Shown: positions 19,786-30,459 of the stretch, in pieces
Position numbering within the stretch: position 1 is the stretch's first letter
How the letters are laid out: the number at the start of each line of letters is the position of its first letter
The notes under the pieces: model-generated
Database searches by the model: none
What the model was told of the DNA's origin: nothing
The model's input: the letters and a program-made list of their open reading frames with translations, nothing else
Translations under genes and position numbers: made by a program
Assembly (NCBI GenBank): GCA_027623195.1
Contig: JAQBUT010000011.1
Span: forward strand, 24,650-88,649
Source: Chloroflexota bacterium
GTDB lineage: Bacteria > Chloroflexota > Dehalococcoidia > Lucifugimonadales > JADFKI01
Reading direction: 5' to 3'
DNA length: 64,000 nt

Positions 19786-21036
19786 ATGTTGGGTTCAAAG
19801 GAAATTACAGTCTACGAGGAGGTAAATGTCTTCTTCGATCGCGCTGCTGAGCGTCTTGGGCTGGAAGACGGCGTGAGGGAGATGCTGCGTAGGCCGTGGA
19901 GAGAGCTTCAGGTTTCGGTGCCCATCAGAACCGACGAAGGCGATATCAAAGTCTACACAGGGTATCGCGTGCAACATAACGGAGCGCGCGGTCCATACAA
20001 GGGCGGAGTGCGGTACCACCCGCTGGCGGACCAGGAAGAGGTCAGAGCACTGGCGTCGCTAATGACGTGGAAGAATGCGCTGGTGGACATTCCATTTGGC
20101 GGCGCCAAGGGGGGTATCCAGTGTGATCCACGGACCATGAGCGAGGGAGAATTGAATCGTCTTACCCGACGCTACACCCTGCAGATAGAGCACCTGCTGG
20201 GGGTGAACCGGGATATTCCCGCGCCGGACCTGGGAACTAATTCTCAGACTATGGCCTGGATGATGGACACCTACGGCCAGGTACACGGCTACACGCCTGG
20301 TGTAGTAACGGGGAAGCCCGTAGAGCTTGGGGGCTCTGTAGGGCGGGATTCGGCTACCGGCCGAGGCGCAGTCTATGTGCTGCGGGAGGCCGCCAAAGAC
20401 CTTGGGATTTCGCCGGATGGGGCTCGAATCGTAGTGCAGGGCTTCGGGCAGGTCGGGTCGTGGACGGTACGGCTGTTGGGGGAAATGGGCTGCAAGGTTA
20501 TTGGCGTAAGTGATGTAGATGGCGGCATATACAATCCTAATGGAATTGATGTGAACGCGCTGGTGCAGCACAAGGAATCTTGCCGTACGGTATCTACCTT
20601 TCCAAATGGTGACCGCGTTACAAATGAGGAATTGCTGGAGTTGGATTGCGAGTTCCTGGTGCCGGCTGCTATCGACAAGGTCATTCACCGGGACAATGCA
20701 CCCAAGGTAAGGGCCAGGGTCGTTGTGGAGGCCGCTAACCACCCTTTAACGCCGGAGGCGGATGAAATATTGAATGCCGCAGGGGTCACAGTGATTCCAG
20801 ATATACTGGCCAATGCCGGTGGCGTTATCGTCTCCTATTTCGAATGGACCCAGAACTTCTACCAGCACCAGTGGGACATGGAAAGAGTTAATGACGAACT
20901 AAATAAGATCATGACTCGCGCATACATAGCGGTGAAGGAAAAGGCCGCATCCGAGCGAATTACCTTGCGAGAAGCCGCCTTCTTGATTGGCGTTGGGCGA
21001 GTCGCCAAGGTAGCAAAAATGCGGGGCTTTATCTAA
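19786..21036 (+). CDS. Glu/Leu/Phe/Val dehydrogenase (glutamate dehydrogenase-like)
   Basis: GPYKGGVRYHP, GGAKGG, DIPAPD, QGFGQVG, PDILANAGGV. Confidence 0.95.
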   Translation: MLGSKEITVYEEVNVFFDRAAERLGLEDGVREMLRRPWRELQVSVPIRTDEGDIKVYTGYRVQHNGARGPYKGGVRYHPLADQEEVRALASLMTWKNALVDIPFGGAKGGIQCDPRTMSEGELNRLTRRYTLQIEHLLGVNRDIPAPDLGTNSQTMAWMMDTYGQVHGYTPGVVTGKPVELGGSVGRDSATGRGAVYVLREAAKDLGISPDGARIVVQGFGQVGSWTVRLLGEMGCKVIGVSDVDGGIYNPNGIDVNALVQHKESCRTVSTFPNGDRVTNEELLELDCEFLVPAAIDKVIHRDNAPKVRARVVVEAANHPLTPEADEILNAAGVTVIPDILANAGGVIVSYFEWTQNFYQHQWDMERVNDELNKIMTRAYIAVKEKAASERITLREAAFLIGVGRVAKVAKMRGFI

Positions 21037-21146
21037 CACGTCGGCATGATAGTCTTGACCCGAAACGTCTCAAGGGGGTAGCCTTGGCTTAAAATTTGTC
21101 TTTTCGTTTTACGCCAGCCCCAACACTCGCCTGAAGGAGAGCATCC

Positions 21147-22196
21147 TTGGAGTTCGGGTCATTCGTCGAGTTTCACCGCCGGGAGGGCAGCAGCTTTGCC
21201 GACGCATTTCAGGAGTCATTTGATCACATTGAGCAGGCCGAAAGCCTGGGTCTAGACGGGGTCTGGCTATCCGAGTCTCACTTCAACCCCGGCAGGTCTG
21301 TGCTATCTTCGCCGCACTCCATAGCGGCTGCTATTGCGGCCCGGACTAAAAGACTCAAGATAGGCACTGCCGTAAGCATTCTCCCTTTGGGCAATCCGCT
21401 CAGGATGGCTGAAGAGACCGCAACCATCGACCAGATTAGCCAGGGTAGGTTCCAATTCGGAGTCGGTAGGAGCGGCCTTCCAGGTTCTTATGAAGGCTAC
21501 GGCATGTCGTATGCTGAGAGCCGGGAACGATTTTTCGAATACCTGGAAATTATCGTGAAGGCTTGGACCCAAGAGCGTTTCTCCCACCAGGGCAACTACT
21601 TTTCGTACAACGACGTTTGCCTGGTGCCCAAGCCGCTTCAGTCTCCACATCCTCCGGTACGTATCGCTGCAACCACATCGGACACCTTCCCTATTATCGC
21701 CAAGATGGGCTTCCCAATCTTCATTGGCGTTCGAAGCCTCGGTTTGGACGCGGTGGCAGAGCAGGTGGCTGATTACAAACAGGCCTGGAAGGACGCGGGA
21801 CATCCCGGGCCAGTGGATATTTCGATTCGGATACCAGTCTACGTTGCCGATACCAAGGAGCATGCCATCGCTGAGGCTGAGGATAGCTTTATGCGACAGT
21901 TCAGGCGCCTTGGTGGCCAGCTCTCCGCTTCTGCCACGAGGGTAGGTTCGGTCGCCTCGGAGGCCCGGTCCGAGCGTGGCCAGCAGTTGGCAGACCTGAC
22001 GTGGCAAAACGTAATGGGCAGTAAAGCACTGGTTGGCACCTCGGAAATGGTTATCGAACAGCTTCACCATTTGAAAGAGACCCTTCATTTTAGTGGTGTT
22101 GTTGCCGAGCTTAACGCCGGCGAACTAATTCCCAGGGAGAAAATAGCCAGGTCTCTTCGCCTGTTTTGTGAGGAGGTTGCTCCCGCTTTTTCTTAG
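21147..22196 (+). CDS. LLM-class flavin-dependent oxidoreductase
   Basis: WLSESHF, PLRMAEETATID.ISQGRFQFGVGR, PKPLQSPHPP. Confidence 0.93.
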   Translation: MEFGSFVEFHRREGSSFADAFQESFDHIEQAESLGLDGVWLSESHFNPGRSVLSSPHSIAAAIAARTKRLKIGTAVSILPLGNPLRMAEETATIDQISQGRFQFGVGRSGLPGSYEGYGMSYAESRERFFEYLEIIVKAWTQERFSHQGNYFSYNDVCLVPKPLQSPHPPVRIAATTSDTFPIIAKMGFPIFIGVRSLGLDAVAEQVADYKQAWKDAGHPGPVDISIRIPVYVADTKEHAIAEAEDSFMRQFRRLGGQLSASATRVGSVASEARSERGQQLADLTWQNVMGSKALVGTSEMVIEQLHHLKETLHFSGVVAELNAGELIPREKIARSLRLFCEEVAPAFS

Positions 22197-22238
22197 CAAG
22201 AGGCATAAGATCTGGCACCATATTCATGCAAAGGGGAT

Positions 22239-23075
22239 TTGCGAATGCTTTCATCGGCCATAACGGACGCCTACACACCGCGAGAGATCGCGGACAAGGT
22301 CCGGGCGCTGGGCGTAGCCAAGGCCAGAGGCGACGCGTTAACGATACTGGTTCTGAGCGTGTTGGCGGGCGCTTTCATCAGCCTGGGGGCAGTGTTCTTT
22401 ATGGTCGTGGTGACCGGCACTTCCCTGGGCTTTGGGGCGACGAGGCTCCTGGGAGGCCTGGCATTTAGTCTCGGGCTGGTCCTCGTCGTCGTTGCCGGGG
22501 CAGAACTTTTCACAGGGAACAACCTGGTGTCCATGGCGTGGGCGTCGCGGCTTATTACTTTTCCGGAGCTACTTCGGAACTGGGTTTTAGTGTACGTCGG
22601 AAACGTGGCCGGTTGCATAGGTACGGTGGTCTTAGTGCTAGCCGCAGGCGTGGATGGTTTCGGCGGCGGCGCGGTCGGAGAAACGGCCAAGGCAATTGGC
22701 GAAAGCAAGGCTATGCTGGACCCGCTGCAGGCCTTCGCCCTTGGCGTTTTATGCAATGCCCTGGTATGCCTTGCGGTATGGCTGACGCTAGGCGGCAGGA
22801 CGGTTACAGACAAGATCCTGGCTATTATCTTCCCCATCACGGCCTTTGTTACCATAGGGTTTGAACATTCCATAGCCAACTGGTTCTTCCTGCCCTACGC
22901 GATTGCACTGGACGGCTTTCAGTCTGGCTATCTGGTGACCGGGGCCGTGGTGAATCTCGTCGCCGTCACGTTAGGCAATGTCTTGGGTGGCACGCTGCTG
23001 GTGGCAGGCGTCTACTGGTTGGCATACCTTCGAAACGATCGCGCGGCCAACACCTCGAATACCGGGCAGTCGTGA
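22239..23075 (+). CDS. formate/nitrite transporter (FNT)
   Basis: GAELFTGN, CNALVCLAVW, GFEHSIAN, GNVLGG. Confidence 0.94.
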   Translation: MRMLSSAITDAYTPREIADKVRALGVAKARGDALTILVLSVLAGAFISLGAVFFMVVVTGTSLGFGATRLLGGLAFSLGLVLVVVAGAELFTGNNLVSMAWASRLITFPELLRNWVLVYVGNVAGCIGTVVLVLAAGVDGFGGGAVGETAKAIGESKAMLDPLQAFALGVLCNALVCLAVWLTLGGRTVTDKILAIIFPITAFVTIGFEHSIANWFFLPYAIALDGFQSGYLVTGAVVNLVAVTLGNVLGGTLLVAGVYWLAYLRNDRAANTSNTGQS

Positions 23076-23198
23076 GCAGGCGTCTTATAGCGATTTGGGC
23101 CTGTTTCCCTGTATTGCCTGATGCAGCGGGTTGTGGTGCTTGGTGCTATAATTTACGTTGTAATAATAGGACTTGAAACAAGGTCATTTGGCCTTTAA

Positions 23199-24443
23199 GT
23201 GAAAATATTGGCAGACGCGAATGTAGCGGTATTAATTGACTTCGAAAACGTGGGCCTGGATGCTATCCAGTACCTGCTGGATCAGCTTTCTGACGTTGGT
23301 CGCATAATCATCAAGAGGGCTTACGGGGACTGGTCGGTACAGCGAGGCAAGCAAGAGCAGCTCATCGAGCAAGGCATCGAAGCTGTGCACCAGTACCGGT
23401 CTAACAGGTCGGGCAAGAACTCCAGCGACATACGCCTAACTATTGAAGCCATCGATCTATTCCATACCTCCCCTATCGACACCTTTGTAATCGTGTCATC
23501 CGACAGCGACTTTGTTCCCCTGGTGGGCAAATTACGCTCTTCAGGCAAGACTGTTATAGGCTCAGGCCGAAGAGAGGCCACTTCCTCCACACTGATTCGC
23601 AGTTGCGACAGGTACATCTTTCTTGACGATGTCACGAAGCGACGCCCACCTGTGGTGGCGCAGCCCGCCCGTAGGCGTAACGCTGCGGCTGCTTTTAGGC
23701 CGACCGATAGCGACGATACATCGTCCGTTTCGAATTCGGGTGAGACATCTCTGGTAATGCGTGCCTACGAGGCCTCCATGGACGACCTTGGATATGTTGC
23801 AGGGTCCAAGCTGTACCAGACAATGCGGCGCATAGACCCTGGATTTGACTACAGAGTGCTGGGGTTCCGAACGTTCATACAGTTCTTGGAAGCCAGCAGT
23901 GAAATTGAAATTAACCGTCCTCAAAATGGCGGAGATGTTCAGGTCGCAACAAAACAGGGGAGGGACCAGGCCGGGTCTCCTTCTCCAGATCCTCAAGAAC
24001 AGCCAGAATCTAATGGACAGCGGGGCCCGCAGCGACGAGGTCGAGGGCAACGACAGCCCCTCCCAATAGAAACCTCACCTGTTGTTGAGGAACAGGCAGT
24101 TCCCCCTGCGTCCGTGTCTGAACAGGTGCCCCCTCCCGCAATGATAGAGGAGGAGACGGCTCCTGTTGAACCAGACGAGGAAGAGAGGCCTGTAGTCGTC
24201 CCAACGAATGGTGCCTCTTATGGGTCATCGGGCCTGAACTGGGAGCGCGAAGTAGATGCTGCGTGGACTAGACGTCAACGCAATACCATTTCGGGAAGAG
24301 CAGCAGCCACGGACGCTGCCAAGGCCCTGAAGGTGGATAAGCTAAGCTCATCACAGTTCCCTTCACTGGACAAGCTTCTTGGAGCCAGTAAACTACTGCA
24401 ACTCAATTGGCGACGCGAGGGGAATACCATTGTTAAGAAATAG
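23199..24443 (+). CDS. NYN-domain protein with OST-HTH/LOTUS domain
   Basis: IDFEN, KRAYGDW, GKNSSDI, SSDSDFVPL, IDPGFDYRVLGF. Confidence 0.9.
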   Translation: MKILADANVAVLIDFENVGLDAIQYLLDQLSDVGRIIIKRAYGDWSVQRGKQEQLIEQGIEAVHQYRSNRSGKNSSDIRLTIEAIDLFHTSPIDTFVIVSSDSDFVPLVGKLRSSGKTVIGSGRREATSSTLIRSCDRYIFLDDVTKRRPPVVAQPARRRNAAAAFRPTDSDDTSSVSNSGETSLVMRAYEASMDDLGYVAGSKLYQTMRRIDPGFDYRVLGFRTFIQFLEASSEIEINRPQNGGDVQVATKQGRDQAGSPSPDPQEQPESNGQRGPQRRGRGQRQPLPIETSPVVEEQAVPPASVSEQVPPPAMIEEETAPVEPDEEERPVVVPTNGASYGSSGLNWEREVDAAWTRRQRNTISGRAAATDAAKALKVDKLSSSQFPSLDKLLGASKLLQLNWRREGNTIVKK

Positions 24444-24483
24444 CGCTGGATTCGGCCTGGCAACTTAGTTCGTGAATTGGCAT

Positions 24484-24548
24484 GTGGTTCGACAAGCTCA
24501 CCGTGAACGTGGCAAAGAAAAATCGTTCGCTCTGAGTCTGTCTAAAGG
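24484..24548. repeat. REP-like element, copy 1
   Basis: GTGGTTCGACAAGCTCACC...GAACG / CGTTCGCTCTGAGTCTGTCTAAAGG. Confidence 0.75.
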
Positions 24549-24672
24549 CAGGCCGCGCTTTTGTGCGTAGCCGCCGAGTATCACCTTCTTCGGAAGTTAG
24601 GACGAATCGGTTTATCTATAGCCTGAACCTGTAGGCCTGGACATTCGACCAAGGGAACTGTGAGTCCTGACG

Positions 24673-25437
24673 ATGCTTCTTGCGCTAGACATAGGGAATA
24701 CCAATATCACCCTGGGAATTTTCCAGGGTGATAATATTCACGCGACCTGGCGGGTGGCCACAGACGCCTCCAAGATGCCGGACGAGTACGGGATTCTCTT
24801 GAACCAACTGCTCGGTCTTAAGGGCATGGACTCATCGAATGTGGATGCTGTGGCGGTCTGTAGCGTAGTTCCACCTCTGACACCCGTATTCCTAGAGCTC
24901 TGCAGGACTTATTTCAAAATCGAACCGCTGGTAGTTGGCGCGGGAACCAAGACTGGCATTCGAATACTCTACGATAATCCCAGGGACGTTGGCGCTGACA
25001 GAATTGTAGACGCAGCAGCAGCACTCAAAATGTATGGTGGTCCCGTTATCGTTGTCGACATGGGCACCGCGACCGTATTCGACGCTGTTACGGGGGATGG
25101 GAATTACCTGGGCGGAGCCATTGCCCCTGGTATGGCCATTGCCGCCGATGCCTTATTTCACACGACTTCCCAGTTGAGGCGCGTTGAGTTGGTAAGCCCA
25201 GGTGTGGCCATTGGCAAGAACACGGTCCACGCAATTCAGTCGGGGCTGGTGCTGGGATACGCCGAGCTGGTCAAAGGCATGGTAGGCAGGTTCGACCGAG
25301 AGCTGGGCGGTGGCGCCAAGGTCGTGGCAACCGGAGGCCTCGCCCCTGTTGTGGCACAGGAGGCAGGCGTATTCGACGCTGTTGACCCCGACCTTACGCT
25401 CACTGGCCTTCGTTTGATTCACGAGATGAATTCTTAA
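24673..25437 (+). CDS. coaX: type III pantothenate kinase
   Basis: LALDIGNTN, VGADR, VDMGTAT, GGAIAPG, ATGG. Confidence 0.95.
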   Translation: MLLALDIGNTNITLGIFQGDNIHATWRVATDASKMPDEYGILLNQLLGLKGMDSSNVDAVAVCSVVPPLTPVFLELCRTYFKIEPLVVGAGTKTGIRILYDNPRDVGADRIVDAAAALKMYGGPVIVVDMGTATVFDAVTGDGNYLGGAIAPGMAIAADALFHTTSQLRRVELVSPGVAIGKNTVHAIQSGLVLGYAELVKGMVGRFDRELGGGAKVVATGGLAPVVAQEAGVFDAVDPDLTLTGLRLIHEMNS

Positions 25438-25509
25438 TTGGCGGCTCATTCACACCTTCATGTTGACCCCGTGGCAATGTCAGTAAGCGGATGCAAGGAT
25501 ATCTAAGAA

Positions 25510-26709
25510 ATGCCTAACCCTCTGGAAAATAGGCACATTGCCCTTGGCGTGACGGGAAGCATTGCCTGCTACAAGTCCGTCGATTTGGCCAGCAAACTCA
25601 CACAGGCCGGCGCGCTGGTAGACGTACTAATGACACCCGAGGCGACCAAGTTCCTTGCGCCGTTAACCTTTCGAAGCATTACACACCGGCCCGTTATCAC
25701 CGATATATTCGCTCCGGAATCGGAGCTTAGTATTAACCACGTGGCCGTAGCGGAGCGGGCTGACGTAGTGATAGTTGCCCCTGCTACGGCGAACACTATC
25801 GCCAAGCTGGCTCACGGTTTAGCGGACGATCCCGTCACGACTACTGTCCTGGCTACCCGAGCGCCGGTCATCGTCGCTCCGGCTATGGATGCCAATATGT
25901 ACGAAAATGCAGCAACTCAGCAAAACGTGGCCGCACTGCAGGGCCGAGGTTACATAATCGCCGGGCCTGCCTCCGGTAGATTGGCATCGGGACTTATTGG
26001 ACTGGGCCGAATGCTGGAAACACCTGACCTTCTTGGCTGCATCAAGGTCGTGCTCGGGCGTGACGGGGACCTTGCCAATCGAAAGGTTGTGGTCAGCGCT
26101 GGGGGTACGCAGGAGCCTATCGACCCGGTACGTGTTATTGCCAACCACTCAACGGGCAAGATGGGATACGCATTGGCCGAGGCCGCCCGAGATCGGGGCG
26201 CCGACGTATCGCTGGTCACCACGCCCACTGCTCTGGAAGACCCCTATGGCGTCAACGTCATCAAGGTGCGTACTGCTTTGGAGATGCGTAGTGCCCTGCT
26301 TCATCAGTGCTCCAACGCCGACGCGCTAATTATGGCCGCGGCGGTGGCGGATTGGCGTCCCACAGAGACTGCAGACCACAAGCTGAAAAAGGGTGATTCC
26401 GATACCTGGAGCATCGACCTGGTTAAAAACCCCGACATCCTCGCGGAGATTTCCGGAGAAGGTCTGATTAAAGTCGGATTCGCTGCCGAGAGCGAAGACC
26501 TCATAGCTAATGCTCAGTCCAAGCTTGTGAGCAAAGGACTGCACCTCATAGTTGCCAATAACATCACGGCACCCGATAGTGGTTTCGGAACGGATACAAA
26601 CAGGGTTACCCTAGTGGATAGGGAAGGCCGGACCACTGAGTTGCCTCTGCTAACCAAGTACGAGGTAGGCCACGAGATTTTGGATAGAGTCGCAAAGGTC
26701 CTGGCGTAG
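25510..26709 (+). CDS. coaBC: phosphopantothenoylcysteine synthetase/decarboxylase
   Basis: GVTGSIACYK, APATAN, PAMDANM, EPIDPVR, AAAVAD, VGFAAES. Confidence 0.96.
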   Translation: MPNPLENRHIALGVTGSIACYKSVDLASKLTQAGALVDVLMTPEATKFLAPLTFRSITHRPVITDIFAPESELSINHVAVAERADVVIVAPATANTIAKLAHGLADDPVTTTVLATRAPVIVAPAMDANMYENAATQQNVAALQGRGYIIAGPASGRLASGLIGLGRMLETPDLLGCIKVVLGRDGDLANRKVVVSAGGTQEPIDPVRVIANHSTGKMGYALAEAARDRGADVSLVTTPTALEDPYGVNVIKVRTALEMRSALLHQCSNADALIMAAAVADWRPTETADHKLKKGDSDTWSIDLVKNPDILAEISGEGLIKVGFAAESEDLIANAQSKLVSKGLHLIVANNITAPDSGFGTDTNRVTLVDREGRTTELPLLTKYEVGHEILDRVAKVLA

Positions 26710-26736
26710 CCCTTAAAACCGGCTGGAGGCGTCGCG

Positions 26737-27114
26737 GTGACCTTGCAAAATATATTCAAAACCATATCGGAACGCCTTCAGACTACCGCCACCGTTAAGA
26801 CAGTTTATGGCGATCCCATTATTGCCGAGGGCAAAACGATCATCCCGGTTGCCAGGGTGCGCTTCGGATTCGGCGCAGGGTTTGGCGAGGGGGAGGCAGG
26901 CGACGAAGGCACCGTTGCCCGCCCAGCAGGTGGAAAAGGCGGTGGTGGCGGCGGAGGGGTTGAAGTCCGCCCCGTCGGCTTCATTGAGATAACACCGGGA
27001 GAGACGCGCTTCGTCTCCATTGAGGGACACCAGAAGGCCACACGTTGGGCTATTATGGGTCTACTGGCAGGGTTCTTTTTGTTCAGGCGACGGCGCAGGC
27101 GAAAAGGGTCATAA
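26737..27114 (+). CDS. GerW/YtfJ-family protein
   Basis: VYGDPI...TIIPVARVRFGFGAG...GGGGGG...PVGFIEI. Confidence 0.85.
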   Translation: MTLQNIFKTISERLQTTATVKTVYGDPIIAEGKTIIPVARVRFGFGAGFGEGEAGDEGTVARPAGGKGGGGGGGVEVRPVGFIEITPGETRFVSIEGHQKATRWAIMGLLAGFFLFRRRRRRKGS

Positions 27115-27184
27115 AGAACTATTTAATGGAATGCATTCACTGAAACGGTTACAATTTGACGGGGTAACTCAACTGGAGGGGACG

Positions 27185-27370
27185 ATGCCGATAGTACGAA
27201 TCGAGATGTGGCCCGGCAGAAGCCACGCACAGAAGGCGGAGCTGGCCAGGGTAATCACGGACGCAATGGTCAACATTACCCAGACGACCCCTGACTCCAC
27301 CATAATTGTCTTTGAGGACATTCCCAAGGACAATTGGGCTCAGAACGGCATGCTCGCGTCCGACAAGTAA
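27185..27370 (+). CDS. 4-oxalocrotonate tautomerase family protein
   Basis: GGAGG RBS; M-P1-IVRIEMWPGRS.AQK...NWAQNG. Confidence 0.92.
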   Translation: MPIVRIEMWPGRSHAQKAELARVITDAMVNITQTTPDSTIIVFEDIPKDNWAQNGMLASDK

Positions 27371-27439
27371 TCGCGCTGGACGCAATGGTCTTGACAGGCC
27401 TGGCGAATCGCACTTATAGTAAATTCAATTAACAAAAAA

Positions 27440-27730
27440 AGGCTACGAACAGGACTAGTAGGTCTCCAGCGAAGCTCAGAGAGCCGGGTAAGGTGTGAGC
27501 CGGCGCTAAGCGCAGGGACTGAATGGACCTGGGAGCTGCCGCCCGAAGGTCTGCCTCAAGCGGACTGTAGGCGTGGACGGAAGGGCACCGTTACTGAAGC
27601 CCAGGGTATCGAGCCAGAACGATTGGCTCCGTGCCCGAACAAGAGGTCATTCGAGCTGGAAGCGGCTTTGGATGGCGAATTAGGGTGGCACCACGGTTAG
27701 AACCCGTCCCTTGCTAGGGCGGGTTTTTTT
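27440..27730 (+). promoter_or_regulatory. T-box riboswitch, Trp specifier, with terminator
   Basis: AGTA, AGAGA, GTGTGAG, GAA-TGG specifier, AATTAGGGTGGCACCACGG T-box, GC stem plus T tract; TTGACA/TATAGT promoter upstream; precedes trpS. Confidence 0.93.
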
Positions 27731-27892
27731 ATTGCCTAATTGTTCTTGATATTTGGAAATTGGAACACGGAGGTGCAGCGCAATGGGATCTTTCTGCGCG
27801 TGCTTGTGGCCTAGGGGCGGATCTTTAACCTAGGACACACCGAATGACCAGCGTCTACTAAATACTGAAGATTTCGCTAGGCGATACGAATA

Positions 27893-28936
27893 ATGCAAAC
27901 CAGTGAATTGACAAGAGAATCAGAAGCGCCCAGCAAGCGAAGGGTGTTCAGCGGCATACAGCCCTCGGGCGACGTGCAACTGGGGAACTACTTGGGTGCG
28001 ATAAAAGGCTGGGTGGAGCGGCAGTCGGAAAAAACTAACTTCTTCTGCCTGGTGGACTTACACGCCATCACGGTGTACCAGGACCCGGAGCAACTGCTCC
28101 GCCAGACTCGGTCCTTGGCCGCCATTCTTTTCGCAGCCGGGTTGGACCCCGAAAGGAGCACCGTCTTTATCCAGAGCCACGTCCCGGCCCACGCCGAGGC
28201 GTGTTGGATATTGAATTGCGTTACGCCTATGGGCTGGTTGGAACGCATGACCCAGTTCAAAGACAAGTCCGCCAACCAGGAGCGGGTGTCCGCTGGTCTG
28301 CTGGACTACCCCGTGCTGATGGCGGGAGACATACTGCTGTACGACACCCACGAGGTGCCTGTGGGCGAGGACCAGCGTCAGCATGTTGAGCTGGCAAGAG
28401 ACATCGCGGAACGCTTCAATCATTTGTATGGCGAGACTTTCGTGGTGCCTCAGGCTGTAATCGCAGAGGTTGGGGCCAGGGTCATGGGACTGAACGACCC
28501 GACCGCGAAAATGTCCAAGAGCTTTTCGCACATCCGGGGCCACGCTATTGGCATGCTTGACGATCCCAAGGAAATCGAGCGCTCCTTTAAGCGGGCCGTG
28601 ACGGACTCCGGCAAAGATATTACCTTTTCAAATGATCCGGAGCGAGCGGGAGTTAACAACCTTCTCGGCATATACAAGGTCATCACAGGGCGCAATACGT
28701 CCGAGGTAGAAAACGACTTTGCGGATGCCAGGGGTTACGGCGACCTCAAGGCCCGTGTGGCAGAGGTTGTTACCGAAGAGTTGATGCCCATTCAAAAGCG
28801 ATATCACGAAATAATGGACGACGTGAGTGAGCTGGACAGGCTTCTGGCCAGAGGCGCGGAGCACGCCGCTTCTGTCTCTACGCCAAAGATGGACGAGCTA
28901 AAGAGGAAAGTGGGTCTCACATTACCCCGAGGCTAG
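27893..28936 (+). CDS. trpS: tryptophan--tRNA ligase
   Basis: FSGIQPSG..QLGNYLGA, YPVLMAGDIL, VPVGEDQ, KMSKS. Confidence 0.97.
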   Translation: MQTSELTRESEAPSKRRVFSGIQPSGDVQLGNYLGAIKGWVERQSEKTNFFCLVDLHAITVYQDPEQLLRQTRSLAAILFAAGLDPERSTVFIQSHVPAHAEACWILNCVTPMGWLERMTQFKDKSANQERVSAGLLDYPVLMAGDILLYDTHEVPVGEDQRQHVELARDIAERFNHLYGETFVVPQAVIAEVGARVMGLNDPTAKMSKSFSHIRGHAIGMLDDPKEIERSFKRAVTDSGKDITFSNDPERAGVNNLLGIYKVITGRNTSEVENDFADARGYGDLKARVAEVVTEELMPIQKRYHEIMDDVSELDRLLARGAEHAASVSTPKMDELKRKVGLTLPRG

Positions 28937-28982
28937 TCGTCTACCTGACCGGCCATCACGTCGAACGGTAAGGACAATTAAC

Positions 28983-30434
28983 ATGTACCAACCAACGCTA
29001 GAACAGGTGCGGAAGCTGGCGGACCAGGGAAACCTGATTCCAATTTTCCGCGAAATCAGCGCGGACCTGGAAACGCCGGTGTCCGCTTACCTCAAGGTAG
29101 CGCGGGCACCTTACTCCTTCCTGCTGGAGAGCGTGGAGGGCGGCGAGCGCATAGCACGGTTCAGCTTCATAGGGACTGAGCCACATAAGATCATCAAAAC
29201 CGGGCCCGGTCAGGAGTACGGCGCCGTGGACCCGCTCATACTAATAGAGAAAGAGCTATCCCAGTACAAGGTCGTGAGCGTGCCGGAGCTACCGCGCTTC
29301 AATGGCGGGGCCGTGGGATACCTTTCCTATGAGACCGTGGGCTATTTCGAGAAGCTGCCATCTCCGAAGAAAGTGGCCACAGACGTTCCAGAGTCCATTT
29401 TCATGTTTGCCAACACGTTCCTGGTCTTCGATCACCCGCGCCACAAAATGCTGGTGGTTAGCCACCTGGAGTTGGATGGTGATATCGACTCCTCTTATGC
29501 CGACGCGGTGAATCGCATCGAGGAAATCGTTGGAAGGCTGCAAGGACCGATCAACCTGCCCCATACGGAAGACGCCGTCGTGACGCAGAAAGCGGCCATG
29601 GACTCCAACGTAACAAAGGACCAGCACGAGGCTATGGTGGAGCGCGTTAAGGAGTACATAGTTGCGGGCGATGTCATACAGACCGTCGTCGCCCAGCGGT
29701 TGGCAAGGCCCACCACCGCTCACCCATTCCAGATCTATCGAGCCCTCAGGGCCATCAATCCTTCGCCGTACATGTACTACCTCGAGCTGGACGGATTCCA
29801 GATAGTCGGGGCGTCGCCGGAGATGCTGGTGCAGGTGGAAAACGGCGTAGTAGCGACGCACCCAATTGCGGGTACCCGACCTCGTGGGGCCAACGCCGCT
29901 GAGGACGATGCGCTGGAGGCGGAACTGCGCAACGACGAGAAAGAACAGGCAGAGCACATCATGCTGCTAGACCTCGGGCGCAATGACATCGGGCGGGTCA
30001 GTGAGCCCGGCACAGTAGAAGTCACGCAGCTTATGGACGTGGAGCGTTACTCCCACGTCATGCACCTCGTCTCCCACGTGACGGGCAAGCTGCGCAAGGA
30101 CTACACCAGCTTCGACGCGTTAAGGGCATGCTTCCCTGCCGGCACTGTATCCGGCGCGCCAAAAATACGAGCCATGGAGATTATCGCCGAGCTGGAGCCT
30201 GACAAGCGCGGACCTTACGCGGGCGCCGTGGGCTACTTCGACTTCTCGGGCAACATGGACACGGCCATTGCCATTCGCACCCTGGTGGTGAAGGACGGCG
30301 TGGCGTACGCCCAGGCCGGAGGGGGCATCGTGTACGACAGCGTGCCGGACACTGAGTACCGCGAAACGTTACACAAGGCCTCCGCTGTATTACGGGCCAT
30401 CGACCAGGCTGAGTTAGAAGGCTCGCCGGAATAG
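28983..30434 (+). CDS. trpE: anthranilate synthase component I
   Basis: LLESVEGG, NPSPYM, PIAGTRPRG, EHIMLLDLGRND, GTVSGAPK. Confidence 0.96.
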   Translation: MYQPTLEQVRKLADQGNLIPIFREISADLETPVSAYLKVARAPYSFLLESVEGGERIARFSFIGTEPHKIIKTGPGQEYGAVDPLILIEKELSQYKVVSVPELPRFNGGAVGYLSYETVGYFEKLPSPKKVATDVPESIFMFANTFLVFDHPRHKMLVVSHLELDGDIDSSYADAVNRIEEIVGRLQGPINLPHTEDAVVTQKAAMDSNVTKDQHEAMVERVKEYIVAGDVIQTVVAQRLARPTTAHPFQIYRALRAINPSPYMYYLELDGFQIVGASPEMLVQVENGVVATHPIAGTRPRGANAAEDDALEAELRNDEKEQAEHIMLLDLGRNDIGRVSEPGTVEVTQLMDVERYSHVMHLVSHVTGKLRKDYTSFDALRACFPAGTVSGAPKIRAMEIIAELEPDKRGPYAGAVGYFDFSGNMDTAIAIRTLVVKDGVAYAQAGGGIVYDSVPDTEYRETLHKASAVLRAIDQAELEGSPE

Positions 30435-30459
30435 GCGGCGGTTTGACTGGAGAAAAATC

